DNA of 64,000 nucleotides from Chloroflexota bacterium. GTDB lineage: Bacteria > Chloroflexota > UBA11872 > VXNJ01. Below are positions 20,693-32,505 of the stretch, piece by piece (position 1 is the stretch's first letter; each line of letters begins with the position of its first letter). Location: positions 688,806 through 752,805 of the forward strand of contig OZ244573.1 of the NCBI GenBank assembly GCA_965217845.1, in the 5' to 3' direction. Under the pieces are notes generated by a model. That model had not been told where the DNA came from and searched no databases. It was given only the letters and a program-made list of their open reading frames with translations. The translations under genes were made by a program, and so were the position numbers.

Positions 20693-21739
20693 ATGAACCG
20701 ACGAAGATTTCTGCGCCTGGGGCTGGCCGCCGGGGCCACCCTGGCGCTGGCCGCCTGTGATACCAGCGGCCAGGAAACGGCAGCATCCGAGGACATCGCC
20801 GACCTGCCGGCGGCGGTACCGGCGGCCAGCCCCCGGCGCGCCGACCGGGCCGAGGCGACGCTGGTTCTGGATTGGGTCCCCAACACCAACCACACCGGCC
20901 TCTACGTCGCCCGCGCGCTGGGCTACTTCGAGGAAGAGAACCTCGATTTCAAGATCGAGGAACCGGTGGAGGTAGACCCCACCGCAGTGGTGGCGGCGGG
21001 CAACGCCGAATTCGGGATCGGCTTCCAGGAATTCCTCACCCCGGCCCTGATCGAGGGTGCCCCGATCGTCTCGGTAGCCGCCATCATCCAGGAGAACACC
21101 TCCGGATTTGCTTCGCTCAAATCGCGCGGCATCACCCGCCCGCGGGATTTTGCGGGAGCCGTCTACGGCGGCTTCGGCTTGCCCCTGGAGGAGGCGATCC
21201 TGAAGGTCATGATGGAACAGGACGGCGGTGACTTCGAAACCCTCGAGATCGTCGGCGCCGGCGCGGCCGATTTTTTGACCATCATCCAACGCGATGTCGA
21301 CCTCTACTGGATTTTCTATGGCTGGCAGGGAGTAAAGGCCGAACTGGAGGGGATTGAACTGGAAGTCGCCTTCCTTGCCGACTGGGGAGTCCCCAACTAC
21401 TACACGCCGTTGATCATGGCCAACGCCGGCCTGCTGGGTCGGCGCCGCGACATCGGCGAACGGGCCATGGCGGCGATCGCCCGCGGCTACGAGTTCGCAA
21501 TCGCCAACCCGGCCGAAGCGGCCGAAATCCTGATCCAAGCCTCGCCCGAAATCGACGTGCCGTTGGCGCACGCCTCCCAGGTCTGGCTCTCACCGCACTA
21601 CCAGGGCGACGCCCCGCGCTGGGGGCGCCAGCAGGGTTCGGTCTGGGGCGACATGACCCAATGGATGTTGGACCAGGGACTGATCGAGTCGACGTTCGCA
21701 TGGGAGAACGCCTTCTCCAACGACCTCCTGCCCGAATAG
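20693..21739 (+). CDS. thiY: NMT1/THI5-like substrate-binding protein (ThiY-like) with Tat signal peptide
   Basis: 348 aa with twin-arginine signal (MNRRRFLRLGLAAGATLALAAC) and an NMT1/THI5 periplasmic binding fold. Lies between permease and ATPase genes. Confidence 0.85.
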   Translation: MNRRRFLRLGLAAGATLALAACDTSGQETAASEDIADLPAAVPAASPRRADRAEATLVLDWVPNTNHTGLYVARALGYFEEENLDFKIEEPVEVDPTAVVAAGNAEFGIGFQEFLTPALIEGAPIVSVAAIIQENTSGFASLKSRGITRPRDFAGAVYGGFGLPLEEAILKVMMEQDGGDFETLEIVGAGAADFLTIIQRDVDLYWIFYGWQGVKAELEGIELEVAFLADWGVPNYYTPLIMANAGLLGRRRDIGERAMAAIARGYEFAIANPAEAAEILIQASPEIDVPLAHASQVWLSPHYQGDAPRWGRQQGSVWGDMTQWMLDQGLIESTFAWENAFSNDLLPE

Positions 21740-21752
21740 CACCAATCAGCTA

Positions 21753-22529
21753 ATGGCCGGGCAGCTGGTCCTGGATGGGATCGAGAAGAACTTCGGCGAT
21801 GCGGGCGGACGCCTAAACGTCCTGGCTGGCGTCAGCCTCAGGGTCGATCCGGGCGAATTCGTCTGCCTGGTGGGGCCCAGCGGTTGCGGCAAGAGCACCC
21901 TTTTTAACGTCGCGGTTGGCCTTACCGATGCGGACTCCGGCCGGGTTTTCCTCGACGGGGTCGACATCACCGGCCGCCGCGGGCTGCTCGGATACATGCC
22001 GCAGCGCGACCTGCTGCTGCCCTGGCGCAGGGTGATCGACAACCTCGTCATCGGCGTCCAGGTGCGGCGCGGCGACCTGCCGGCGGGTCGCCGGCGGGCG
22101 CGCGAACTGGCGCCAATGTTCGGCCTTGAAGGGTTCCTCGCCCATCACCCACACCAGCTGTCCGGGGGGATGCGGCAGCGCGCGGCGCTGCTGCGGACGA
22201 TCGTGAGCGGAAACCAGACGCTGCTCCTGGACGAACCATTTGGGGCCCTGGACGCGCTGACTCGCCTGGATATGCACCGTTTCCTGCTCGGCGTCCGCTC
22301 GGAATTGGACCTGACGGTGTTATTCGTCACCCATGATCCGGACGAGGCGGTGGCCCTGGCCGATCGGGTCGCGGTCATGTCGCGGCGCCCGGGAAGGATC
22401 GCGGACGAGTTCGCGGTCGAATTGGGATTCCCGCGCGACGGCAATGACGCCGCCGCCGCCGCCCTGGCCGCCTACCGCGCCCGCCTGCTGGCAGCGCTCG
22501 GATCCGGGACCGCGCCGCCGAATCCGTGA
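21753..22529 (+). CDS. thiZ: ABC transporter ATP-binding protein (ThiZ-like)
   Basis: 258 aa with Walker A GPSGCGKST, signature LSGGMRQR and Walker B LLLDEPFGALD. Confidence 0.85.
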   Translation: MAGQLVLDGIEKNFGDAGGRLNVLAGVSLRVDPGEFVCLVGPSGCGKSTLFNVAVGLTDADSGRVFLDGVDITGRRGLLGYMPQRDLLLPWRRVIDNLVIGVQVRRGDLPAGRRRARELAPMFGLEGFLAHHPHQLSGGMRQRAALLRTIVSGNQTLLLDEPFGALDALTRLDMHRFLLGVRSELDLTVLFVTHDPDEAVALADRVAVMSRRPGRIADEFAVELGFPRDGNDAAAAALAAYRARLLAALGSGTAPPNP

Positions 22530-22594
22530 ACCCAAATCGCTCGGCCCTGGCGTTAGATTGAAAAACTATCCGCGCGATCCGGAACCTGGACCCG

Positions 22595-23842
22595 ATGCAA
22601 AGTTCGACCCGCCCCCGGCGCGTCGCTGAACCCACGGCTACGGCCCAGCGCATTCCCTGGACGGTCGTTCTGGCCGGAGCCGCGATGGCGTTCATTTTTA
22701 CCGGTTCGAACCAGTCGTTCGGGATTTTCCTGAAAGCGGTGACCAGCGATCTGGGCGTGGGCCGGGAGACGTTCGCGCTGGCGATAGCGGTGCTGCAGCT
22801 GGCAACCGGCATACCGGTCGCGGCCTACCTGGCCGACCGCTTCGGACACTGGAAGGTGATCGTCCCCTCGGCAGCGGTCTATTCGCTGGCGATGCTGCTC
22901 ACCTCGCAGGCCCAGTCTGGATTCCAATTCCTGGCCTACCTGGGTTTCCTGGGCGGAATTTCCGTCAGCGGGGCATCGATGACGGTGGTATTCGGCGCTG
23001 TCGGCCAACTGGTACCGGTGCGGCGTCGCAGTTTTGCCTTTGGCATCATCACCGCCGGTTCCTCGGCTGGCATGTTCGTGTTGGTTCCGGCCTGGCAGCA
23101 GATCCTGAACCTGGTCGGGTGGCGCACCAACTTCGCCCTGTTCGCGGTGGTGCCGCTGCTGATCGGCCTGCTGGCGGTGCTGTACCTGCGCGACACTCGC
23201 GGCCTGCCGCGCAGCGAGGACGTGATCGATGAGCCATTTGCGGACATGGTGGCCCGCGCCCGGCGCAACCGCGATTACCTCCTATTGACGGCCGGTTTCT
23301 TCGTCTGCGGGTTCCACGTGAGCTTTATAGCCACGCACCTGCCGGCGTACCTGTCGGATGGCGGGGTCTCCGCCACCGCGGCCGCCTTGTCATTGGCGCT
23401 GATCGGGTTGTTCAACATATTCGGGTCGGCGATCTGGGGGCGCCTTGGCGATCGCTACCGGCGCAGCCGGCTACTAACGCTTGTCTACTCCGCGCGCGGT
23501 TTCATATTGATCGCGCTCTTGGTCCTGCCCCTGACCGAGGTCACCGCGATGGCGTTTGGGGCCTCTATGGGATTCTTCTGGCTGGCGACGGTACCGCTCA
23601 CATCCTCGACAGTGGCCCAGCTGCTGGGTGCGCGCTACCTGGCGGTGATGTTTGGGACGACGTTTTTCTCCCATCAGATCGGGTCCTTTCTCGGCGTCTG
23701 GCTGGGCGGCCGCGTCTACGATGCCACCCAGTCATATGACCCGATCTGGGTGGCGGCCATCGTCCTGGCCTTTGCCTCGGCCCTGATTCACTTGCCGATC
23801 AGGGACCGGGGTCAGGTAATGGCTGCAGCCGCTGCGTACTAG
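22595..23842 (+). CDS. MFS transporter (oxalate/formate antiporter-like, 12 TM)
   Basis: 415 aa with 12 predicted TM helices and the MFS two-fold repeat. Confidence 0.75.
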   Translation: MQSSTRPRRVAEPTATAQRIPWTVVLAGAAMAFIFTGSNQSFGIFLKAVTSDLGVGRETFALAIAVLQLATGIPVAAYLADRFGHWKVIVPSAAVYSLAMLLTSQAQSGFQFLAYLGFLGGISVSGASMTVVFGAVGQLVPVRRRSFAFGIITAGSSAGMFVLVPAWQQILNLVGWRTNFALFAVVPLLIGLLAVLYLRDTRGLPRSEDVIDEPFADMVARARRNRDYLLLTAGFFVCGFHVSFIATHLPAYLSDGGVSATAAALSLALIGLFNIFGSAIWGRLGDRYRRSRLLTLVYSARGFILIALLVLPLTEVTAMAFGASMGFFWLATVPLTSSTVAQLLGARYLAVMFGTTFFSHQIGSFLGVWLGGRVYDATQSYDPIWVAAIVLAFASALIHLPIRDRGQVMAAAAAY

Positions 23843-24065
23843 CAAGCGGCGCGTAAGGAGCCTGGCAGGGCGCGCCTGTTCCCGTCAACCGGTTTGCGCG
23901 GCGCGGCAGCTGCATTCATCCGATGCGGGCCGGGCCGCGGGCACTTTGTCCGCCCGCCGCGACTCCAGGTTCGTTTCCCAAACTGCATAGCAGCGCCGGC
24001 GCGGGGCGGGTAATAGGATGGCGCCGGCACCGAGGTCCCAATCGCCTGGGCCGATGACCGGCCGG

Positions 24066-24806
24066 TTACTCTGCGGTCGCGCCACCGTCGATTACCAGTT
24101 CGCTGCCGGTCACAAATGACGACTCGTCGGAGGCCAGGTACAGCGCGGCGTAGGCGACATCATCGACCGTGCCGACCCGGCCGAGCGGGGTGTAGGCGTC
24201 GTATTGCTCGGCCTCAATAACCTGGTGCAGCAGATCGGTATCTATGGGACCGGGATGAAGCGAATTGGCGCGAATTCCGTCGGCGGCATACTGGATTGCC
24301 GTGGCCTTGGTGAAGATGCGGACCGCCCCTTTTGAGGCGGCGTAGGCGGTGGCGCGGTTATTTCCCACGATTCCGGAGATCGACGAAAGGTTGATGATCG
24401 AACCTCCGCCGGCCTGGCGCATCTGGGGGATGGCGGCTTTGGTGCCGAGGAACACCCCCTTGGAATTGACGTTTTGGATGGCGTCCCAGTCTTCCACGGT
24501 CGTTTCCTCCACCCGGCCCCCGCGCCAGATCCCGGCGTTATTGACCAGCACGTCCAGCTTGCCGTATCTGGATACGGCGGCGGCGACGACGGCCTGCCAG
24601 CCCCGCTCGCTGGTGACGTCCAGGTGCATGTAAAGGGCATCGGCGCCCGACTGGTTGATTTCGGCCGCGACCGCCATTCCGGCAACGTCGAGGAGATCGC
24701 CGATGACCACGCTGGCGCCCTCGCGCGCAAAAAGCCGGGCTTGGGCCGAACCCAGTCCTTTGGCGCCGCCGCTGATAAGCGCGACTTTGCCATCCAATCG
24801 ACCCAT
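24066..24806 (-). CDS. SDR-family NAD(P)-dependent oxidoreductase
   Basis: 246 aa with cofactor motif [15 protein letters not shown], and catalytic S...YAASK. Confidence 0.85.
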   Translation of the reverse strand: MGRLDGKVALISGGAKGLGSAQARLFAREGASVVIGDLLDVAGMAVAAEINQSGADALYMHLDVTSERGWQAVVAAAVSRYGKLDVLVNNAGIWRGGRVEETTVEDWDAIQNVNSKGVFLGTKAAIPQMRQAGGGSIINLSSISGIVGNNRATAYAASKGAVRIFTKATAIQYAADGIRANSLHPGPIDTDLLHQVIEAEQYDAYTPLGRVGTVDDVAYAALYLASDESSFVTGSELVIDGGATAE

Positions 24807-25031
24807 TTACCAGCTCCTCTCGATGCGACGCAATCCCAATGGAAGGTGAACTTAATTCTCCGGACCGACCAGATTCGACCGATCTTTAGCCGCGCCTGCA
24901 TGCGGGTTGCGGCCCCCGCGGGTGCATCGGCCGCAGCAACGCCCGGGTTTCGAAAGTTGCGGTGGTTCCCCGGTGGCCTGACCTTATTGCGCTCGCGCCG
25001 CACCCGGGTTCAGGGCCACCCCGGTCGCTGT

Positions 25032-25691
25032 TCAGCGCCTAATTTCGATCGAGCCGAAGAGGGCATTGCCGGAGATTTTGAGCTTGGGTTCCGACGTGCC
25101 CGAGGAATGCTCGTCGGTCACGGACCCCAACGTTGCGGTTGCCTCGGTGGTGTCGATGTTCCAGTCCGGGGGGACGCGCAGCTCGATGCTGCCAAAAAGC
25201 GCCAGAGCATCTAACCGGACCGGAGGCGCGTCAACCTCGGCGTCACGCAGATCAAATTCGCAACTGCCGAACGCGGCGGTCGCCTGTAGTGCTCCCGGCA
25301 AGGAGCCCGAGATTCGGCGTCGCGTCTGGCCGAACAGCGCCAGCGTCCCGGCTTCGGTGCCCGGTTGCCGCGACCGGCGCAGGGCCTGTACCAGCAACGC
25401 CACGCCGACGGCGATGATCAGCGCCGGCCAGATCAGGCCGCCGTCGATTACCAGGTTGGCAATGATCGCTACCTGCCAAACAAGTAGCGCGATCACTGCC
25501 CCTAAGAGCCACAGGCGATTGGCCCTAGCGGCCCCGGTCAGGATCCGCGTCGCCAGAAAGGCGGCGACTATCGCCGGGCCGAGCTCCCAGACCCCGGGAA
25601 ACCAGTCGATGGTCCGATTCAGCAGGGCCACCAGTCCGAGGGCGATCAGCGCCACCCCCAGCGCCGGACGGTGCCCGGTTCTTGTTTTCAT
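25032..25691 (-). CDS. LiaF-like membrane protein (cell-wall stress-response family, DUF2154-like C-terminal domain)
   Basis: 219 aa with N-terminal TM helices. The C-terminal domain carries repeated LALFGSIEL / NALFGSIEI strands typical of LiaF C-terminal domains. Confidence 0.5.
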   Translation of the reverse strand: MKTRTGHRPALGVALIALGLVALLNRTIDWFPGVWELGPAIVAAFLATRILTGAARANRLWLLGAVIALLVWQVAIIANLVIDGGLIWPALIIAVGVALLVQALRRSRQPGTEAGTLALFGQTRRRISGSLPGALQATAAFGSCEFDLRDAEVDAPPVRLDALALFGSIELRVPPDWNIDTTEATATLGSVTDEHSSGTSEPKLKISGNALFGSIEIRR

Positions 25692-25710
25692 CGGTTTTCC
25701 TTAAAGGCTT

Positions 25711-26283
25711 CTAGGCCTCGACCTGGCAGTTCTGCAGGGCAACGTCATATACGTAGTTGATGATGGTGCCGGTGATCGTGATCGGCTCGCCCGGCTGGCG
25801 GTCTTTCTCGGCCTCGTAATCCTCGGCGCCGAGATTGCAGATCACCCCGTTGACGTAATCGCCGCCGACCACCATGAAGAACCCGCCGCGGCCGATGAAA
25901 AAGTTTTCGCGGATCATGCCGTTGATGCGGGCGCTCTGGCCGACGTACTTTTCTAGGGCGGCGTCCTTGTCGGCGATGAACTCGGCGAAGAGCTCATCGG
26001 CACCGATTTCAAGGTCGATCGTCGGTTCCGGTGCGGCCGGCTCCGCGACCGGTTCAGGGGCAGGTTCTGGTTCGGGCGCAGGTGCCGCGGTCGGTTCGAC
26101 CGGGGGTTGAGTTGGCGCCGGTGTCGGCTCCGGCGCAGGCGCCGGGGCGGCGGTAGGCGCGACTGCGGGGGCGGGCGGCGGCTCGGGCTCGTCGCCGTTA
26201 CAGGCCGCCAGGCACAGCGCCATGGCCAAGCTTGCGGCCAATGCCGTTGCGGTTGCGATTCTTCGTTTGGTGCTTCCTTGCAC
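25711..26283 (-). CDS. lipoprotein with Pro/Ala/Glu-rich linker and tRNA_anti-like OB-fold domain
   Basis: 190 aa with signal peptide plus lipobox (LAACNG), a ~70-aa PAPEP low-complexity linker, and a C-terminal domain resembling the tRNA_anti-like (BOF/OB) family. Confidence 0.5.
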   Translation of the reverse strand: MQGSTKRRIATATALAASLAMALCLAACNGDEPEPPPAPAVAPTAAPAPAPEPTPAPTQPPVEPTAAPAPEPEPAPEPVAEPAAPEPTIDLEIGADELFAEFIADKDAALEKYVGQSARINGMIRENFFIGRGGFFMVVGGDYVNGVICNLGAEDYEAEKDRQPGEPITITGTIINYVYDVALQNCQVEA

Positions 26284-26297
26284 GGCCCCAGCTCCTT

Positions 26298-27269
26298 TTA
26301 TCGGTCGCGATCGGCCGCCAGACCGATCATCTCGTCCAGCATCCGCCTGTATGTATTTTTGACCGGCAACGTCGCCACCAGTTCGCGGCAGCGCGATTGG
26401 ATTTGCGCCAGTCGCTCGCTCAGCCGGGCTTGAATCCCGGCAGCATCCATCTGCGCCAGCAGCACTTGGACTTCTTCATCCCCTGTCACCGGGGCCGGAA
26501 TGCGACCACCCGCGTCGCGGAAAAGCAGCACCGGGAGCGATTTCTTGCCACGTTTCAAATCCCCGCCGGCCGGCTTGCCGGTGGTCCGGGGGTCGCCCCA
26601 GATTCCGAGCGCGTCATCGCGGATTTGGAACGCCAGGCCCAGCTGATGGCCGAGGTTCCGCCAGGGTTCCGGGTCGGCTTCGGCCGCCACCGCGCCCAGT
26701 TCCAGTGCCAGGCCAAATAGCGCCGCCGTCTTGAGCCCGATCATCTGCTCGTACTCGGCCGCGCCGACGCTGGCGCGGGTCTCGAACTGCAGGTCCAGCT
26801 GCTGTCCGCGGATAACCGCGCTGGCCGCATCGGCGAAGCGGCGGATCGAGGCGGGTGGATCGGCGCTGAATTCCGACAGGGCGGCAAAGGCGCGCACCAT
26901 CAGCAGGTCGCCGGCGTTGATCGCGGTCGCATCGCCCCAGATGGTCCAGGCGGCCGCCTGCCCGCGGCGTTGGCGGTCGCGGTCCATGATGTCGTCGTGC
27001 AGCAGGGTGGTGGCGTGGAAAAGCTCGATCGCCGCCGCCGCCGGCAGGCCGGCGCGTCCTCCACCGAGCGCTTCGCAAGCAAGCAGCAGCAGGCCCGCCC
27101 GCAGCTGTTTGCCGCCAGCGGGACCGGTGTTTGCGGTCCCGTCGCGTTCGGCCCAGCCCAGGTGGTAGCGGGCGACAAGAGTGACGAGATTGTCATCGTC
27201 ACCCACCGCCCGGCGCATGGCCGCGTCGGTCAGCGGCCGGCAGGTTGACAGATATTCGGAAAATCGCAC
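26298..27269 (-). CDS. polyprenyl diphosphate synthase (trans-isoprenyl diphosphate synthase family)
   Basis: 323 aa. The first Asp-rich motif LLHDDIMD is present. The second motif reads IRDDALG, with Gly in place of the terminal Asp. Confidence 0.8.
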   Translation of the reverse strand: MRFSEYLSTCRPLTDAAMRRAVGDDDNLVTLVARYHLGWAERDGTANTGPAGGKQLRAGLLLLACEALGGGRAGLPAAAAIELFHATTLLHDDIMDRDRQRRGQAAAWTIWGDATAINAGDLLMVRAFAALSEFSADPPASIRRFADAASAVIRGQQLDLQFETRASVGAAEYEQMIGLKTAALFGLALELGAVAAEADPEPWRNLGHQLGLAFQIRDDALGIWGDPRTTGKPAGGDLKRGKKSLPVLLFRDAGGRIPAPVTGDEEVQVLLAQMDAAGIQARLSERLAQIQSRCRELVATLPVKNTYRRMLDEMIGLAADRDR

Positions 27270-27388
27270 CGTCGGCTAATGCTCCCCGGCCCTGCCGGGC
27301 CGCACCCAATCTGGCCGGTAAATGTACGGGTCTCAACCGGCCCGGGCTGCCCCGCTGCCTTCGCGGCCATTTTCGGGTAACTACTTCC

Positions 27389-28876
27389 GTGCAGGCCACA
27401 CCCCTGAACGCGCTCAGCCTGCGGACCGCCTTCGCGCCGCTGCTGGCCGGGTTCATCTGCGTCTACCTGGGGACGTTTGACTCGACCGCGCTGGCGGTGG
27501 TGCTGCCCACGATTGCCGAAGAGCTCGAGCTCGATCTGCTGATCGCCCAGTGGATCACATTGGGGACCGTCATCATGACCGCGGCGCTGCTTCTGGTGAT
27601 GGGCAATCTGGCCGATCGGATCGGGCATCGCCGGGTGCTCTACGGGGGGCTCTCGCTCTACTGCGTGGCGGCGTTGCTGGCGGCGCTATCGACCGGGTTC
27701 GGGTTGCTGATGCTGTCGCGGATCCTGATCGGCGCCGCAATCGCGGTCTGCCACACAGTCGGGCCGGCGTTCACCGTGCGGGCGTTCGTTCCCGGCAGGC
27801 GTGCGCGTGCCCTCTCGATAGTTGGAGTTACGACCTCGATCGGGCTGGTGTCGGGGCCGCTAATCGGCGGATACATGGCGAGCGCGTTCGGATGGCGGAC
27901 GCTCTTCTGGGCTCCGCTGGCGATTCTGGCGGTGGTGATGGCGGTCATCTGGATAGGCGCCCGCCTGGGCCTCTGCGAACGCCTCTGGGAGACGCCGCGT
28001 CGCCTGGAGCGCAAATTCGACTACGGCGGCGCGGGGCTCATGCTCTGCTGGCAGGGACCGCTGCTGCTAGCTATAACTCTGGGCAACAACCGCGGCTGGC
28101 TCAGCGCCGAGATCCTGATCGCGGCCGGCGTCGGTTTGCTCATGCTGGCCATATTCGTGCGCATCCAGCTCAGCGCCGCCAATCCGACGCTTGACTTTCG
28201 TCTGTTCAAACTGCGCGACTTTCGGCTGCCGATCCTGGCCGCGTTCCTGGGATTTTTGGTGGTGATTTTCAACTTCGTTTTGCTGCCGTTCTACATGTCG
28301 CTGGTGCTGGGCATGTCGGCGGTGGCAATCGGACTGGTGGCGGCGATCTCGCCGGCGATGATGTCGTTTATGGCCCCGATTGGGGCCATATGGGCCGAAC
28401 GCAGCTCACCGCGTCGGCCGGCGTCGGCCGGCCTGGTGTTGGTGACCCTGGGAGCGCTGCTGCTATTGCTGCTGCTGCGCACCGATTCGCCGGTGTGGCT
28501 GCTGGCGGTGCTGCTGCCGGTGAGCGGAATCGGCCTGGGCATGTTCGAGTGGACCATCAACAGCTCGATCATCGGTTCGCTGCCGCGCTCGATGCTGGGG
28601 GTCTCGACCGGGCTTCTGGCCACCTCCAGGACGCTCGGGTTCTCGATCGGGCAGTCCTTCTGGGGACTGCTGTTCACGCTCGTGGTCACGACCCGCACCG
28701 GTGAGCCGGAGGCGCTGACGGCGCCGCCGGATGACCTGATGGCCGGGTTTCGGATCTGCCTGGCCGTCGGGGTGACCCTGGCGGCGATAGCGTTCGTGCT
28801 AGCCGTTCGCCAGCGCGATAACCCGGCACCGGCAACCGAGGCCGATATTGCGGCGCTGCGGCCGCGGCGCGCCTAG
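27389..28876 (+). CDS. MFS transporter (drug:H+ antiporter-like, ~14 TM)
   Basis: Polytopic MFS. The in-frame GTG at 27389 avoids overlap with the polyprenyl synthase gene. The track ORF from 27245 has a non-membrane-like N-terminal stretch that overlaps that gene. Confidence 0.7.
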   Translation: MQATPLNALSLRTAFAPLLAGFICVYLGTFDSTALAVVLPTIAEELELDLLIAQWITLGTVIMTAALLLVMGNLADRIGHRRVLYGGLSLYCVAALLAALSTGFGLLMLSRILIGAAIAVCHTVGPAFTVRAFVPGRRARALSIVGVTTSIGLVSGPLIGGYMASAFGWRTLFWAPLAILAVVMAVIWIGARLGLCERLWETPRRLERKFDYGGAGLMLCWQGPLLLAITLGNNRGWLSAEILIAAGVGLLMLAIFVRIQLSAANPTLDFRLFKLRDFRLPILAAFLGFLVVIFNFVLLPFYMSLVLGMSAVAIGLVAAISPAMMSFMAPIGAIWAERSSPRRPASAGLVLVTLGALLLLLLLRTDSPVWLLAVLLPVSGIGLGMFEWTINSSIIGSLPRSMLGVSTGLLATSRTLGFSIGQSFWGLLFTLVVTTRTGEPEALTAPPDDLMAGFRICLAVGVTLAAIAFVLAVRQRDNPAPATEADIAALRPRRA

Positions 28877-28894
28877 CGGCGGATTATTCTCTGG

Positions 28895-28916
28895 GGCTGC
28901 GGCAGTGCCCGCAGCC
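28895..28916. terminator. GC-rich hairpin between convergent genes (candidate bidirectional terminator)
   Basis: An 8-bp stem (ggctgcgg/ccgcagcc) with a 6-nt loop lies between the MFS stop (28876) and the ftsH stop (28936). No U-tract is present. Confidence 0.35.
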
Positions 28917-28935
28917 AACCGCGGTTAGCGGGGCT

Positions 28936-30891
<1,956 letters not shown>

Positions 30892-31089
30892 GGCAGGTTC
30901 AGTCCTGGAACTGTGCCGGAGCGGACCGTGGCAGCGGCGGGATCAGGTCCTGCCTGCAGGTGGCGTCGCAAGGTGTATTTCTACCAGCTTCTAGGGTTTG
31001 CGAGTCTAGCACCCGATCCTGGACGGAAGGCTGCTACCCCAAGATACGTATGCCCGGTTGGGATGGATTTATAGCCGCCCCGCCAGCGC

Positions 31090-32505
31090 CTAGTTGACAA
31101 GCTCCCATTGCAGCGTGACCGCGATCGGCGGTGAACCCGCCGGCAGGGGCTCGGGAATGATCCCCAGGCCGAGCCCCCAGAGCAGGCGATTCCCGACAAA
31201 AAGACCCGGGGTGACATTGCGCCGCCAGTGCGGCAGGTCGGCGAGCATGGCATTCGACGGCGGGATCGCGGCCAGTTCGATGGTTTCGCTCCCTGGGGGC
31301 AGATGCAGCGCAGCTTGCGCGCCAGCGGCTCCGGGAACTGCCTCCGATCGCAGCCAGAACCGGTAATTTCGGAATTGGATCGGACCCTCACTCCCTAAAT
31401 CCAGCTTGCGGGACGGGGGCGCCGCAGGGGGGTTCCAGCCTTTTGGCCGCAGCAGGCAATGGCCCCGGGAGCGTTCCATGACGACCGCGGGCGTCAATCG
31501 CAGACTGGCCGGACCGGAACCGCCGGAAAACGCCTGTGCGGCGCCGAGTACCGCCCGCCGCGGCACCTGGCCGGAGATTTCGGCGCACAGATTGCGTAGC
31601 AGCAGCATCTGCAGGGCCTTCTCAATACCGGCGAACCTGGCCGCTTCGAACTCGAAGGCCCCGGCGAAAGGTCGGACCCCGGCCCGGGGGCGGGCCGCGT
31701 CGGCCAGATTGGCGAGCAGCTCTGACTCAAAGCGGAGGTTTTCGGCCGCCCGTGCGATCGTGTTCGGGGCGCCGGGCCGGATTCGTTCTAGCAGCGGCAG
31801 GACCTGCAGGCGGATGCGGTTGCGATCGGTTGACGGCTCCAGGTTGGTGGGGTCGCTGCGGAAGGGCAGGTGCTCGGCGTCAAGGTAGCCGGAAATCACC
31901 TGGCGTCGGATTCCCAGCAGCGGGCGCACCCGTGGCGGTTCGAACCGGTCGTCAACAACCGGCATTGCACCCAGGCCCGCGCTGCCCGATCCGCGCAGCA
32001 GCCGCAGCAGCAGGGTTTCGGCCTGGTCGCCAAGGTGATGGGCGGTAAGGACTGCGGCGGCGCCGTGACTGCGGGCGCAGGATTCGAGGAAACCCCAGCG
32101 CTGCCGACGGGCCCACAGCTCCGGGGAACGGCCGGCCCAATCGGCCGGCGGGGCCGGCGCTTGGCCGAGCTGGAATTCGACATCCCAGGATCGAGCCAGG
32201 CCGGCTGCAAATTCGGCGTCTGAGGCCGAGTCGGGGCGCAGCCGGTGGTCGAAGTGCGCAATGATCAAGCGCGAATTGCAAGCTTTGGCCCAGACGGCGG
32301 TGGCATGGCCCAGGCAAACCGAATCGGGGCCGCCCGAGACCGCCACCACCAGGCAGGTCGGGGCCTTGATGGCGGCGGCGCGTAGCGCTTCGGTCAGGGC
32401 CCGCCGGATCGCGCGCGCGGGATCAGGATCCGGTGGAGCCAAATCCGCCCCGGGTGGGCGCGGCGATCGCATCGGCCTCGACCAGTTCGGCCTGTCCCGC
32501 CGCAA
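31090..32505 (-). CDS. tilS: tRNA(Ile)-lysidine synthetase TilS
   Basis: PP-loop motif VAVSGGPDS. Sits upstream of ftsH as in many bacteria. The first-ATG start overlaps dut by ~80 nt, so the true start is probably further downstream. Confidence 0.75.
   Translation of the reverse strand: MRRDRPNWSRPMRSPRPPGADLAPPDPDPARAIRRALTEALRAAAIKAPTCLVVAVSGGPDSVCLGHATAVWAKACNSRLIIAHFDHRLRPDSASDAEFAAGLARSWDVEFQLGQAPAPPADWAGRSPELWARRQRWGFLESCARSHGAAAVLTAHHLGDQAETLLLRLLRGSGSAGLGAMPVVDDRFEPPRVRPLLGIRRQVISGYLDAEHLPFRSDPTNLEPSTDRNRIRLQVLPLLERIRPGAPNTIARAAENLRFESELLANLADAARPRAGVRPFAGAFEFEAARFAGIEKALQMLLLRNLCAEISGQVPRRAVLGAAQAFSGGSGPASLRLTPAVVMERSRGHCLLRPKGWNPPAAPPSRKLDLGSEGPIQFRNYRFWLRSEAVPGAAGAQAALHLPPGSETIELAAIPPSNAMLADLPHWRRNVTPGLFVGNRLLWGLGLGIIPEPLPAGSPPIAVTLQWELVN

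Noticed and set aside
30892-31089. Possible hpt gene between tilS and ftsH (conserved tilS-hpt-ftsH arrangement)
   Set aside because: The 198-bp gap is too short and contains no ORF. Here tilS is directly followed by ftsH.
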